Shown: one piece after another, positions 1 through 9,136 of the stretch
How the letters are laid out: each line of letters starts with the position of its first letter
Numbering within the stretch: the first letter of the stretch is position 1
Virus record (IMG/VR): IMGVR_UViG_3300032334_000315
Span: 32,001 to 96,000 of that record
Strand: one strand, 5' to 3'
DNA from: a virus
Length of the DNA stretch: 64,000 nt
Made by a program: the position numbers and the translations under genes
Notes under the pieces: generated by a model
What the model saw: the letters and a program-made list of their open reading frames with translations, nothing else
What the model was told of the DNA's origin: nothing
Database searches by the model: none

Positions 1-373
1 CAAAGCCATATTTTTTAAACGTATCAAGGAACAGCTTCTTATCGTCTAGATCCGCGCGAGCGGTACAGATGATAATACGCTTGTTAGGATGCGCACGGAA
101 TCTGCTAATCATTTTCTTAGCGGTCTTGAATACAGTCTCAATTGGCTTTGCGGTATCAGCGAACACCTTAGATGATCGGAATTGAGCGAAGTCAAATTCC
201 TCACCAGGTTTTAGCGCATACACATTGAACTCAGCTGGTGTCAATTTCTCAACAACCTTGCCATCTTTTCTGACGAGGACTTGTGTCGTGGTGCTGAATA
301 GCGTGTCGTCAATGTCAAACACCGACAGACTACCAGAAACATCCTCAGCTATGAACTCGCGGAATTTTAGCAT
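1..373 (-). CDS. HAD-superfamily phosphatase-like protein, partial (runs off left edge)
   Basis: Manual translation from ATG at 373: MLKFREFIAEDVSGSLSVFDIDDTLFST...IICTAR; DxDxT motif I and TAR motif II; not in ORF track. Confidence 0.75.
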   Translation of the reverse strand, partial: MLKFREFIAEDVSGSLSVFDIDDTLFSTTTQVLVRKDGKVVEKLTPAEFNVYALKPGEEFDFAQFRSSKVFADTAKPIETVFKTAKKMISRFRAHPNKRIIICTARADLDDKKLFLDTFKKYGF

Positions 374-380
374 CGTATCC

Positions 381-388
381 TATTTATA
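381..388 (-). promoter_or_regulatory. T4-type late promoter TATAAATA
   Basis: tatttata on plus strand, 7 nt upstream of HAD ATG. Confidence 0.75.
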
Positions 389-390
389 AT

Positions 391-426
391 AAAACGAAAA
401 AGGGGGAAGCGTTATTGCTCCCCCCT
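391..426 (-). terminator. Rho-independent terminator after TIGR02594 gene
   Basis: GC stem ggggga-agc/gct-ccccc followed by a U-rich tract on minus strand. Confidence 0.75.
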
Positions 427-458
427 GACTAACATAATAAAAGGCACCTCCTTGTATG

Positions 459-1319
459 CTAGCCCAATTTTCTGTAGCCCAGCAGCTTGTTTGCTGGGTA
501 GTAAGCTACGCTAACTTCTTTGTTCTGGTTACCACCAAGAACCTTGATGTATCTAACACCATCAACAGTTTCCTCACCGACATAGAATCCAACATGGCCT
601 GCCGAGCTATTCTTGCCTCGTGAGAACACCGCAATATCACCTTCTCTTGGATATGTAGTAGGAATTCCGTACCCTAAAAAGCTGCGAGCTAATAGAGAAC
701 CTGTGCCCTGGTATCCAGCCTTGTTTAATACCGCATTTGCGAAAGCTGCACACCATGGAATACGAACTGGATCCACCTTCATATCATTACCATCTGATAG
801 TAATTTGGTAAGATCGGAACGATCTTTTCTTACATTTAAGCCTTCCCACTCTCTTGCAATCCGCACCGGTTCTGGTGCAAACATAGGGCGTGGATTCTCA
901 CGGCGCACAGGTTGTTCATGGTGTGACTGAGATAGTGTGGTGCTGCCCTTAGGAAGCTCGGTATTCAAATCAATAACAGCCATTACTGGTTTAGCTTTAG
1001 GCTTCTTATGCTCAACTGGTGGTGCATCTAGCTTTTGCCAACCAGCAAAAAACTGTGATGCTTCGGCTCTCTCCCTATCCTGTCTAAAGAAATTTGCAGG
1101 CGTGTCGTCATCATATGTAGACGCAACAACAGCCGCAGCTGGAACTACTTTCTTTGCTTGCAACTGCTTGCAGAATTTTGCAAGATGCGCGTACCTGTCT
1201 TGTACGCTTAGGTTACAATATCGTTCCGCGGTTTTCGCTGAAACTTTCTTCTTTGGTTCGGCTTCTGCGGTGTTACACAAGAACACCAACATGAGTACAG
1301 CCATGGTTGTTTTTAACAT
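459..1319 (-). CDS. TIGR02594-family (NlpC/P60/CHAP-like) cell-wall hydrolase with N-terminal signal peptide
   Basis: PWCAAFANAVL, GHVGFY and LGGNQ motifs; hydrophobic N-terminus ending AEA. Confidence 0.8.
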   Translation of the reverse strand: MLKTTMAVLMLVFLCNTAEAEPKKKVSAKTAERYCNLSVQDRYAHLAKFCKQLQAKKVVPAAAVVASTYDDDTPANFFRQDRERAEASQFFAGWQKLDAPPVEHKKPKAKPVMAVIDLNTELPKGSTTLSQSHHEQPVRRENPRPMFAPEPVRIAREWEGLNVRKDRSDLTKLLSDGNDMKVDPVRIPWCAAFANAVLNKAGYQGTGSLLARSFLGYGIPTTYPREGDIAVFSRGKNSSAGHVGFYVGEETVDGVRYIKVLGGNQNKEVSVAYYPANKLLGYRKLG

Positions 1320-1328
1320 TTTAGTCTC

Positions 1329-1556
1329 CTATTTAAATCTAGGATCCTTAACTAAATCGTCGTAACCACCAACATGCTCGTCATTGATAAAAATCTGCGG
1401 TACTGTACGATAGTCAGGATACTGCTTAACGAAATCTTCACGGGTAATATGTTTACCAATCTTGAACTCAGTAAATTCAAGATGGCGGTCCTTGAAGAAA
1501 TCTTTGGCCGCAGCACAATAACTGCACACGTCCTTTGTGAACATTTTAATCTGCAT
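1329..1556 (-). CDS. nrdC: Glutaredoxin
   Basis: CSYC, TVPQIF, GGYDDL. Confidence 0.9.
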   Translation of the reverse strand: MQIKMFTKDVCSYCAAAKDFFKDRHLEFTEFKIGKHITREDFVKQYPDYRTVPQIFINDEHVGGYDDLVKDPRFK

Positions 1557-1586
1557 TACTTAATTCTCCAGCCGTTGAATATCTAT

Positions 1587-3008
1587 TTAGAATTTGAAAT
1601 TACCGAACTTTGACTTTGGTTTGGTACGATCACGGTCTTCCATACCAAACTTAGAGTTGTCCATTACAGAATCAGATCGCTTGGTCTTACCACCACGACT
1701 ATCATCAATCAGGTCATCCTGTGCGCTATCCTCAGCATCAAATAGACGCATTTTGGTTCTGTCGATGCCGAGCATGAACCTTTTGTTGATAGCTGGATCA
1801 GCATAGCGGTTCTTCAATTGCTTTACCATTACCTGCCCACGCTCGTCTGCGTCTTCGGTACGGATAAGAGCAATCATAAAGTCGGCCGTAGCTGGTAGAC
1901 CAAACGACTCGGAAGTATCTTCAAGACCAGGATCGCTTGAGGTATAGCCAGACCTGGTTGTCTGTGTGGCTGATACGATGGGTAGATTTTTCTCTACCGC
2001 AAGGCCACGAAGCTCTTCTGCAATAGCCTTAATGTATGTATAACTATTCACATTTGCACCAGGCTTGATCCGTGCGGACATGCAGATATTCAGGTAATCA
2101 ATGTAGATGATATCTGGCACAAAATTTCGCTTTAGATTTAGCTCATTCAGGAGGTGCCTAAAATGGCCCGCATGTGCAGACGCAGTAGGGTATTCCTTGA
2201 TGATAAGCTTGCCAGTTGTCTTCGCTCGGAGTCTAGCAATCTTCTTTTCGTACATATCACGCGGTAGCTGCCCAAGGTCTTCTAGCGGCACATTCAGCAG
2301 GTTGGCATCAATGCGCTCTGCGATTTTCTCTTCGGCCATTTCCATCGTGATATAGAGAACATTCTTACCAGACGCAAGATTATTTGCTGCGAAGTGGCAC
2401 ATCATCAAAGTTTTACCAGCACCGGTGCCAGCGAGGATGATATTGAGAGACTTGCGAGACAAACCACCACGAGTGATATCGTTCATCAGACCTAGATCAA
2501 ACGGAATCTTTTCTTCTACGCGATGGTAGAAATCATATCGCTCACCGAAGTCCTCGATGAAATCGTGACCAACATGAGAATCAAAAGACACACCAAGGGC
2601 CTCTGATAGGATCTCAGGGATGCTACTAGATGACCGGTTCTTATCTTTACCATCAAGAATGGTAATGCTTTCCATGATAGCGTTATGGACAGCTTTCTCT
2701 TGGCAAAATTTCTCGGTGTTATCAAGCAACCATTGAATGTCGGTAGGTTCTGGTTCGCTGAGATTAGCAACTACCTCAAGAGCCCGCTTATGCTCTTCCT
2801 CGGGCATGTTGGTTGCATTGTCCAACTCAACTGCAAGAGCTTCGCGTGTGGGCCTAGAATTATACTTCATCATAAAATCATGAACGCGCAGGAATACCGC
2901 GCGTTCACTACCATTGGTAAAATATTCATCTTTAAGAAACGGGAGGGTCTTCCGTGCGAAGTCCTCGTTGTGTACCAGGTTCTTCAGGATTGTCTGTTCT
3001 ATTCTCAT
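1587..3008 (-). CDS. gp41: Replicative DnaB-like helicase
   Basis: AGTGAGKT Walker A, IDYLNI, SESFGLPATAD, QLKNRY; start placed at MRIEQ. Confidence 0.95.
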   Translation of the reverse strand: MRIEQTILKNLVHNEDFARKTLPFLKDEYFTNGSERAVFLRVHDFMMKYNSRPTREALAVELDNATNMPEEEHKRALEVVANLSEPEPTDIQWLLDNTEKFCQEKAVHNAIMESITILDGKDKNRSSSSIPEILSEALGVSFDSHVGHDFIEDFGERYDFYHRVEEKIPFDLGLMNDITRGGLSRKSLNIILAGTGAGKTLMMCHFAANNLASGKNVLYITMEMAEEKIAERIDANLLNVPLEDLGQLPRDMYEKKIARLRAKTTGKLIIKEYPTASAHAGHFRHLLNELNLKRNFVPDIIYIDYLNICMSARIKPGANVNSYTYIKAIAEELRGLAVEKNLPIVSATQTTRSGYTSSDPGLEDTSESFGLPATADFMIALIRTEDADERGQVMVKQLKNRYADPAINKRFMLGIDRTKMRLFDAEDSAQDDLIDDSRGGKTKRSDSVMDNSKFGMEDRDRTKPKSKFGNFKF

Positions 3009-3303
3009 CGGACCCAATTTTCCCTACATTGTCTGCTAGAATATGATAAATGATGGAAGCAATAACATCTTCCATACGGCGTTTTACTTCAGGATCTTCA
3101 GGCGTTGAACCTTCAACGATATGGTAATTGAAGGTCAGCAATGCACCTTCTTCGTCTGGTGCGCCAATCTTTAGATTTACATAGTGATATACCAAACCTT
3201 CGAACTCGCCATCCATAACATGGATGCATGTGAAATCTTGTACACTTGGATGATCTAAGTGAGTATAGCGTGGTGCAACGGGATTATCAATAACATTATT
3301 CAT
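2932..3303 (-). CDS. Hypothetical protein at the T4 gp40 position (between uvsX and gp41)
   Basis: ORF from MNNVIDNP overlaps uvsX stop and the 5' end of gp41; synteny only. Confidence 0.55.
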   Translation of the reverse strand: MNNVIDNPVAPRYTHLDHPSVQDFTCIHVMDGEFEGLVYHYVNLKIGAPDEEGALLTFNYHIVEGSTPEDPEVKRRMEDVIASIIYHILADNVGKIGSDENRTDNPEEPGTQRGLRTEDPPVS

Positions 3304-4342
3304 TATCTTCACCGTCTTCCATGATAGAACCCATAGCCATCTTGTACTTGCTTTCAATGTACTGAGAGAAATCGGTTTCCTTGAACATCTTCAACCAGAA
3401 CTCTTTGTTGTTGACAATATCTCCTGCTCGGAAGTTTGGAGTATGGACTTCTCCAGTTTCCTTATCGACTGTTGCATACCATCCATTCTTAGGCTTAATA
3501 ATATAACCGCCGTCGAGAGCAACATCAAGGAGGCCTGACCAACGATTAATACCACCTTCGAAAGAGACAGTAATTGGAATCTTGGACTTCTCTTTGACAT
3601 AGCGCGACTTCTCAACATTGATAACGAAATGGTAGCCTTGGATCTCAGTGCCGTCCTTGTCTTGCTGACGACCAAGAATCCAGATAGCGTCGGATGAATA
3701 GTACGAGCCAGTACCACCACCAACGATATCTTTGGGATACAAACCAATTTCTTTATAAGTGTGATTGACGACGATCATAGGCATATCCTTGAGCGTCAGG
3801 TGTGGTGTAATCATACGGAACAAAGACTTCAACTGCTTTGCTCTGGACATATCAGCGACCGACTTACCGTCTAGCGCATCGTCCACTTCTTTCTTTGATG
3901 CAAGATTACCAATTGAGTCAATAACAATCATAACATGCTCGTCGCGTGAAATTTCTTTCATCTGCTGCATGATATCAAACTTCAGTTCTTCAATATCCGT
4001 GATCGGTGTATGCACCACAGAATAAAACGGAATACCAAATGTTTCAAAGTAAGACTGAGGAGTACCAAACTCAGAATCATAAAACAATACGATACCATCG
4101 GGATACTTCTTTAGAAACGACGAAGCCATAAGCAAAGCAAAGCCAGTCTTGAAATGCTTTGACGGACCAGCGAGCATTGTAAGGCCCGGTACAATACCGC
4201 CATCAACGCTACCAGATAGTGCTACGTTAATCATGGGAACAGAAGTAGGAATCATATCCTTCTTCGCGAAGATTTTGCTATCAGCCAATGTGGACGTGAA
4301 AGCGATTGTAGAGTTTTTGATTAGTTTATCTTTAAGTGACAT
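3296..4342 (-). CDS. uvsX: RecA-like recombinase
   Basis: AGPSKHFKT, YDSEFG, DSIGNLAS, EKSRYVKEKSKIP. Confidence 0.95.
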   Translation of the reverse strand: MSLKDKLIKNSTIAFTSTLADSKIFAKKDMIPTSVPMINVALSGSVDGGIVPGLTMLAGPSKHFKTGFALLMASSFLKKYPDGIVLFYDSEFGTPQSYFETFGIPFYSVVHTPITDIEELKFDIMQQMKEISRDEHVMIVIDSIGNLASKKEVDDALDGKSVADMSRAKQLKSLFRMITPHLTLKDMPMIVVNHTYKEIGLYPKDIVGGGTGSYYSSDAIWILGRQQDKDGTEIQGYHFVINVEKSRYVKEKSKIPITVSFEGGINRWSGLLDVALDGGYIIKPKNGWYATVDKETGEVHTPNFRAGDIVNNKEFWLKMFKETDFSQYIESKYKMAMGSIMEDGEDNE

Positions 4343-4363
4343 AGTACCTCCATTAATATAAAC

Positions 4364-4392
4364 ATCATACCATAGGCATGTGTAATTGTCAA
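4364..4392 (-). promoter_or_regulatory. sigma70-type promoter for uvsX
   Basis: TTGACA-17 nt-TATGAT with extended TG. Confidence 0.75.
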
Positions 4393-4908
4393 CTATTTTT
4401 CTAACAGAAGGAATAGATTTCTATTTCCATACGATTGGTTTTCAGTGTAGCTACAGTCTTTGATAGAGAAGCGAGAAGATAGTTTTTTCACAAAATATTC
4501 TGGATCATTTCTCCATTCACCAGGCACTCTAATGTTGCAGACCAATGCTATGTTTGTTAAATTAAAAATGTCATCAACCACATCATCAAAATATTCACAT
4601 TCAATTGTGTTGAATACATTATAGCATACCGTCAAATCAGCCGATTGATTTGGTCTAGTCGACCACTCATCGACAAAGGGATCATAATTTATCAGTTTAA
4701 TGTTTTCTGGAATTCTAAAATGATCTGTTCCGTGCCCGCAACCATAATCTAATAAAGACTTTGGCTTATACAATTCAAAAAAATACGACATACGCTTTAT
4801 GCTGCCATCGCGCATTGTGAATGCGTATTTGTTATTGCGAGATTCTACAGACCAGTTGCCTTTGTCTTTATGCAATTCGTTATAGTCTTTACTCCACAAT
4901 TGCTTCAT
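4393..4908 (-). CDS. Class I SAM-dependent methyltransferase
   Basis: LLDYGCGHG motif I, YDPF; AT-rich; ATGA overlap with gp43 stop. Confidence 0.7.
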   Translation of the reverse strand: MKQLWSKDYNELHKDKGNWSVESRNNKYAFTMRDGSIKRMSYFFELYKPKSLLDYGCGHGTDHFRIPENIKLINYDPFVDEWSTRPNQSADLTVCYNVFNTIECEYFDDVVDDIFNLTNIALVCNIRVPGEWRNDPEYFVKKLSSRFSIKDCSYTENQSYGNRNLFLLLEK

Positions 4909-7436
4909 ACAAAGAATGCCTCAAGTGTAGATTGCTTTTCAGTATGCCAATTGATGGTGTTTAGAATTGTGCGAAGTGGATCAAGAAAAGTCTTTTCAAA
5001 CTGAGTATCGTAGTCGATATATTTATCCAATCCAAACTCTGGCGGCAACTGAGAGATTACCGCAATCACATTCTCATGGATAGGATTTGGCATCTTCATA
5101 TAAGCAAAGCGGATCTTTTCACCGTCTTTGATTTGCTCGTATTTTTTCGTAAGCTTCATCTGTTGCAGCTTCTTATTGAATACGATAGCACCACGCACAT
5201 GCATGGGAACGCTCTTCGTCTCGTATTGATATTTAGTGAGGTTCTGAACACTGCGAGGAAATGCAACATCTTCAAATGGTAACTTGCGAAACTCTTTACG
5301 GAACTTTTCAATGTACCTATGCAGGTCATCTTCGCTCTGCGTCATAACGATATTAAGAACATCTTTAATGGCCGTACGGCAAGCTGCTGGTGTTGAAGAC
5401 TTTACAGCTTCCATACCCATGATCTTTAGTTTTGGCTTAGCATAGCGCACACCTTCGGAATCATGGACATTGAGAATGTATCGCTTCTTCGCGGTCCAGA
5501 TGCCACGGTCTGCAATGACTTCGCGCTTCATATTCATTTTTTGCTGGAAGGCACACATACGTTCAGCAAGATCCTGATAGATTCTGTCAATAACTGGTTC
5601 CATTTTATCGCTAGCCACCTTATCAAGAAAGTTAATGATCTTTTCTTTGAGTTCCGGAGTAAGCCCTTCAGCCTCAATTCTCTTTTCAAAGACGCTATGT
5701 ACCAATTTATCAAAGCTAATATAAAGCGAATCTGTATCAGACGCAATAACATAATCATAATCCTCCGTCTTCAATAATTTGTTGAGATACTTATTCATTT
5801 CATTTTCAGCCCAACGAATTGATAGTTGCCCGCCGAGAGTGATAGCGGTAGCTTGGTCAATATCAAAGAAACGGAAATGCTGATTACCGATAGCGCCATA
5901 TGCGGAGTTCAACTGTACTTTCTTTGCAAGCTGCATATTCTTGTAGCGTGAGATATCTTTAACAGCCTGTTTTTTCTCAGCTTCGGTCTTTGCATTCTCG
6001 TAGGCCTTTTGAGCAAGGATCATCTTGTCCTTGTACACCACACGGTCATTGTACATGCGCTGCATAATCGTAGGCAAGAACCCTTGCTTCGCTTTGCTAA
6101 AGAAACAACCATTCGCAGCAAGGCCATAACCATCAGGCACTTCTGGCATATTACCAGCAAGCAGATCATCAATCGTAACGTCTGCTGTGATTGCATAGCC
6201 TTTCGCGTTCACATGAATGGTTTCAGGTGAAATGTTATACTGCATAATCAAATGTGGATACAGACTGTTCAAATCAAAAGACATGACCCATGAGTGCGAA
6301 CCAACCTGTGGGTCTTTCACATACGCACCAACAAACACCTCGTCCTTGCTACCACCACCGTTGAGCGGTACCGCAATTCTTTTCTTCCACAAATGGTTGT
6401 GCGTGATAACATCCCACATACGCACTTGCGTGAACACGTCGGCAATGGTAACCTTCGCGTCATACGCGAGCGCGAGAGCCATATCAATCAGCTTCATCTT
6501 ATCATCTAGCTTCACGATAAGTTCCACGTCGATGATATTGTAGTCAATAAACTTAGTATGATCTTTCATGTAGAATTCGTGGAGTGTCTCAAATTCAGAG
6601 TGATCTAGTTTCTTCTCACCAAGTTCAACATTGGCAATATGGTCAAGACGATATGATTCCTGCTGAGAGTATGTGAATTTCTTATACATCTCAAGGTAAT
6701 CAAGTGTAGCCACACCACCAATATCATATGCAACCTGCACCTTGTTGAATGTCATTTGAACTCGTCTCTCACGGACATTTTTCCATGGTGAGAGGCGCTT
6801 CATTTCACTTTCACCAATGACCGTTGTCATACGTTTGGCAAGATAAGGAATATCAAACCATGTGATATTCCAACCAGTGACGATATCGGGATAACCATCG
6901 TGCGCCCACTCACTCAGAAAACGAATGAGCAATTCTTTTTCGTTGACACAGTGATGGTAGAAAACGTCATTGCGTGTTGGTGTGTATGGCTTTAAACCAA
7001 ACACATGAAAGATCGGGCCTTTCTTCAACGTGATGGCTGTGACGGTATCCGATGCTCGCTCAACAGCAGGGAAGCCATTCTCAGAACTCACCTCAATATC
7101 GAGATATGCAACCTTGATTTGGTCACGATCATATGGCACATCGGTTGGATATTCTTCATTCAGGTACGTGTAGACGAACCGTTGCAGACCAAAGATATTG
7201 AAATTGGTCACGTCTTCATATTGCTTGAGAAAGTCCTTAGCTTCATTGATGGATTCAAATTGTATTGGCTCAAGCGAAAGCCCACGAATGTCGGTCCAGC
7301 TTGCATTTTCATGCTTTGACTGGACAAACATCGTGGGCTTGTAGGGAATCTTTTCGTTGAACTGTAGCCCGCGGTCGTAACCGCGAACCAAGATGTTGTT
7401 GCCGAACTGCATCGCATTGGTGTAAAATTTGCTCAT
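4905..7436 (-). CDS. gp43: Family B DNA polymerase
   Basis: LDIEV exonuclease, FDLNSLYPH, KVQLNSAYGAIGN, SDTDS, KKRY. Confidence 0.97.
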   Translation of the reverse strand: MSKFYTNAMQFGNNILVRGYDRGLQFNEKIPYKPTMFVQSKHENASWTDIRGLSLEPIQFESINEAKDFLKQYEDVTNFNIFGLQRFVYTYLNEEYPTDVPYDRDQIKVAYLDIEVSSENGFPAVERASDTVTAITLKKGPIFHVFGLKPYTPTRNDVFYHHCVNEKELLIRFLSEWAHDGYPDIVTGWNITWFDIPYLAKRMTTVIGESEMKRLSPWKNVRERRVQMTFNKVQVAYDIGGVATLDYLEMYKKFTYSQQESYRLDHIANVELGEKKLDHSEFETLHEFYMKDHTKFIDYNIIDVELIVKLDDKMKLIDMALALAYDAKVTIADVFTQVRMWDVITHNHLWKKRIAVPLNGGGSKDEVFVGAYVKDPQVGSHSWVMSFDLNSLYPHLIMQYNISPETIHVNAKGYAITADVTIDDLLAGNMPEVPDGYGLAANGCFFSKAKQGFLPTIMQRMYNDRVVYKDKMILAQKAYENAKTEAEKKQAVKDISRYKNMQLAKKVQLNSAYGAIGNQHFRFFDIDQATAITLGGQLSIRWAENEMNKYLNKLLKTEDYDYVIASDTDSLYISFDKLVHSVFEKRIEAEGLTPELKEKIINFLDKVASDKMEPVIDRIYQDLAERMCAFQQKMNMKREVIADRGIWTAKKRYILNVHDSEGVRYAKPKLKIMGMEAVKSSTPAACRTAIKDVLNIVMTQSEDDLHRYIEKFRKEFRKLPFEDVAFPRSVQNLTKYQYETKSVPMHVRGAIVFNKKLQQMKLTKKYEQIKDGEKIRFAYMKMPNPIHENVIAVISQLPPEFGLDKYIDYDTQFEKTFLDPLRTILNTINWHTEKQSTLEAFFV

Positions 7437-7441
7437 GGTGT

Positions 7442-7470
7442 ATAGTACACCATCGTCATCAAATTGTCAA
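7442..7470 (-). promoter_or_regulatory. sigma70-type promoter for gp43 (probably leaderless transcript)
   Basis: TTGACA-17-TACTAT, 5 nt before ATG at 7436. Confidence 0.7.
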
Positions 7471-7776
7471 CCCGTTTCTTGCGATTACCAAACCGGAACC
7501 AAATGAGGTGTTGTAAGCATTCTCTACATCAACCATTGGCTCATAGACAAAGAGAATATTAGACGAACTGACCACGATCTCTTTGTTCTTTGCCATTGGT
7601 AGGTAATCAAGAAGGCCCATACTGGCTTTACCATTTGTGCCCTGTTGCATCACAATAGCAGCGGGCTTCTTGATTACGATGTTATGTTGACCAAACGCAC
7701 TCACTTTACCAATCACTTCATCGCCGGTAAAAAACCTAACGACCATCACACTTTCAACATTCTGAGCATCATCCAT
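7459..7776 (-). CDS. Conserved T4-like hypothetical protein (Sm-like beta pattern)
   Basis: RFFTGDEVIGKV...YNTSFGSGLVI pattern; position upstream of gp43. Confidence 0.6.
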   Translation of the reverse strand: MDDAQNVESVMVVRFFTGDEVIGKVSAFGQHNIVIKKPAAIVMQQGTNGKASMGLLDYLPMAKNKEIVVSSSNILFVYEPMVDVENAYNTSFGSGLVIARNGLTI

Positions 7777-7786
7777 TTTATAATCC

Positions 7787-8254
7787 TTATTTGGTTACGC
7801 CTTGCATTTTCTCTTGTCCTCTTGACCAAGCAGAGATACCAAGAACTGCACCCATTGCTAGATGGAACAAACCAGCGCCTTGCAGCGTAAGTGGATTCCA
7901 TTGCGTTAGTGGTTGCTTCATCATAACTTGCACGACATTCCACATAACAGGGAAAATAGCCATGTCTAAGCAACAAATGACCATATAGCACCAACCCATT
8001 GCAGGGCGCCACTTCTTGACCATCCAATCTTCATTCTGCTTTGCGTTCTCTGCTTCCCACTGTTTCTTTTCCAGTTCAATCTTAGCAAGCTGAGCTGCTT
8101 CGGATAACTGTGGTGCAGCAGGTGCAGACGCTACGCGAGGACTTGAGTCCACATATGTAGTCGGGATCGCAGCACCTGCTCCCTTGGTTGCAGGTGGTAT
8201 TTCATCCATCGCAGGCTTTGCGATAGGTTCGTCAGTTGTGCCAAACTTTGGCAT
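7787..8254 (-). CDS. Holin (GTA-type 3TM family)
   Basis: WRPAMGWCY and LFHLAMGAVLGISAWSRGQEK TM segments; directly after endolysin. Confidence 0.7.
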   Translation of the reverse strand: MPKFGTTDEPIAKPAMDEIPPATKGAGAAIPTTYVDSSPRVASAPAAPQLSEAAQLAKIELEKKQWEAENAKQNEDWMVKKWRPAMGWCYMVICCLDMAIFPVMWNVVQVMMKQPLTQWNPLTLQGAGLFHLAMGAVLGISAWSRGQEKMQGVTK

Positions 8255-8264
8255 CGGTGTCTCC

Positions 8265-8879
8265 TTATGAAAAGATTTCTAGTGCTGCTTCATAATGAGA
8301 TTTACGATCTTCTAGACCGATTGTGCCACCGTTGATTTTTTTAGTTACTGTTAGAATATCGCCTTTGTCAGCCCACTGATTTAGTTCGCGTGAGTCCCAG
8401 AACCAACCAGCTGACCATGCTGCACCTTCTTCTGTGCTGAGCCATTCAGTTGCTTCCTCGAGAGGCCATCCCATATCAGCCGCGAAGGCTTGATAGTTTG
8501 ATTTGCCTGTCAGTTGGATAAGCCCACGCCCGCAGTAGCGGAAACCATCGCCAGAATTTTCATCACCGTTACCCATGCGCGAGGCATAGACACGATTAGC
8601 AATCTTCTGTGGATTCTTAGCGAACGGTGCTGTATCCACACCACGAAAATACTTAGGGAAAATTACCTTCAAGCGGTCTGCTGAATAGTTTAGGTTTTCC
8701 TTGATCGTTCTGAGACCACCAGATTCATGGCCTACCTGAGCAAGGAACATTGAGATACGTTGAGGGGTATTGATTTCATAGAAGTCCATTACATCATTTA
8801 AAGGTTCCACATATTTCTGAATAACATCTTCGCCCGTATCTTCGAAGAACTCATTCAACTGTTCGAATGTAATAGCCAT
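8265..8879 (-). CDS. Glycoside hydrolase family 19 endolysin
   Basis: FLAQVGHESGG, ENLNYS, GRGLIQLTGKSNY, TKKINGG; SD AAGGAG before MAIT. Confidence 0.9.
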   Translation of the reverse strand: MAITFEQLNEFFEDTGEDVIQKYVEPLNDVMDFYEINTPQRISMFLAQVGHESGGLRTIKENLNYSADRLKVIFPKYFRGVDTAPFAKNPQKIANRVYASRMGNGDENSGDGFRYCGRGLIQLTGKSNYQAFAADMGWPLEEATEWLSTEEGAAWSAGWFWDSRELNQWADKGDILTVTKKINGGTIGLEDRKSHYEAALEIFS

Positions 8880-8896
8880 AGTCACTCCTTATTGAG

Positions 8897-9061
8897 TTAC
8901 TTTCTATTTAGTGTGGTCAGAGCAACCATAGGAATATCACCACGATATAATCCGATGTCGGATAGTTCTCTATCTGACAAACGATTTAGTTCTTCTAGGG
9001 CCTTGTAATAACGGCGTGTGTCTTCTACTCGCTGTGCGAGATATGTAAATATGTTTTGCAT
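8897..9061 (-). CDS. DUF1127 (YjiS-like) small protein, 54 aa
   Basis: Manual translation MQNIFTYLAQRVEDTRRYYKALEELNRLSDRELSDIGLYRGDIPMVALTTLNRK; LSDRELxDIGLxRxDI signature; GGAG SD; below the ORF-track cutoff. Confidence 0.85.
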   Translation of the reverse strand: MQNIFTYLAQRVEDTRRYYKALEELNRLSDRELSDIGLYRGDIPMVALTTLNRK

Positions 9062-9082
9062 GTGTCTTTCTCCAAACGATAA

Positions 9083-9107
9083 TAGCGAGCCGGTCTCCCG
9101 GCTCGCT
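9083..9107 (-). terminator. Stem-loop between hsp20 and DUF1127 gene
   Basis: agcgagccgg...ccggctcgct 10-bp inverted repeat. Confidence 0.55.
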
Positions 9108-9136
9108 TACATAATATAGAATTCAATGGGTTGTAA

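Noticed and set aside
2932-3008. 77-nt overlap of the gp40-position ORF with gp41 as a frameshift or fusion
   Set aside because: No slippery site evident; similar tail overlaps (uvsW with the downstream gene) occur elsewhere in the window.
1587-7436. Introns or inteins in gp41, uvsX, gp43 (also gp17)
   Set aside because: Lengths are normal and continuous; no splicing or homing motifs.
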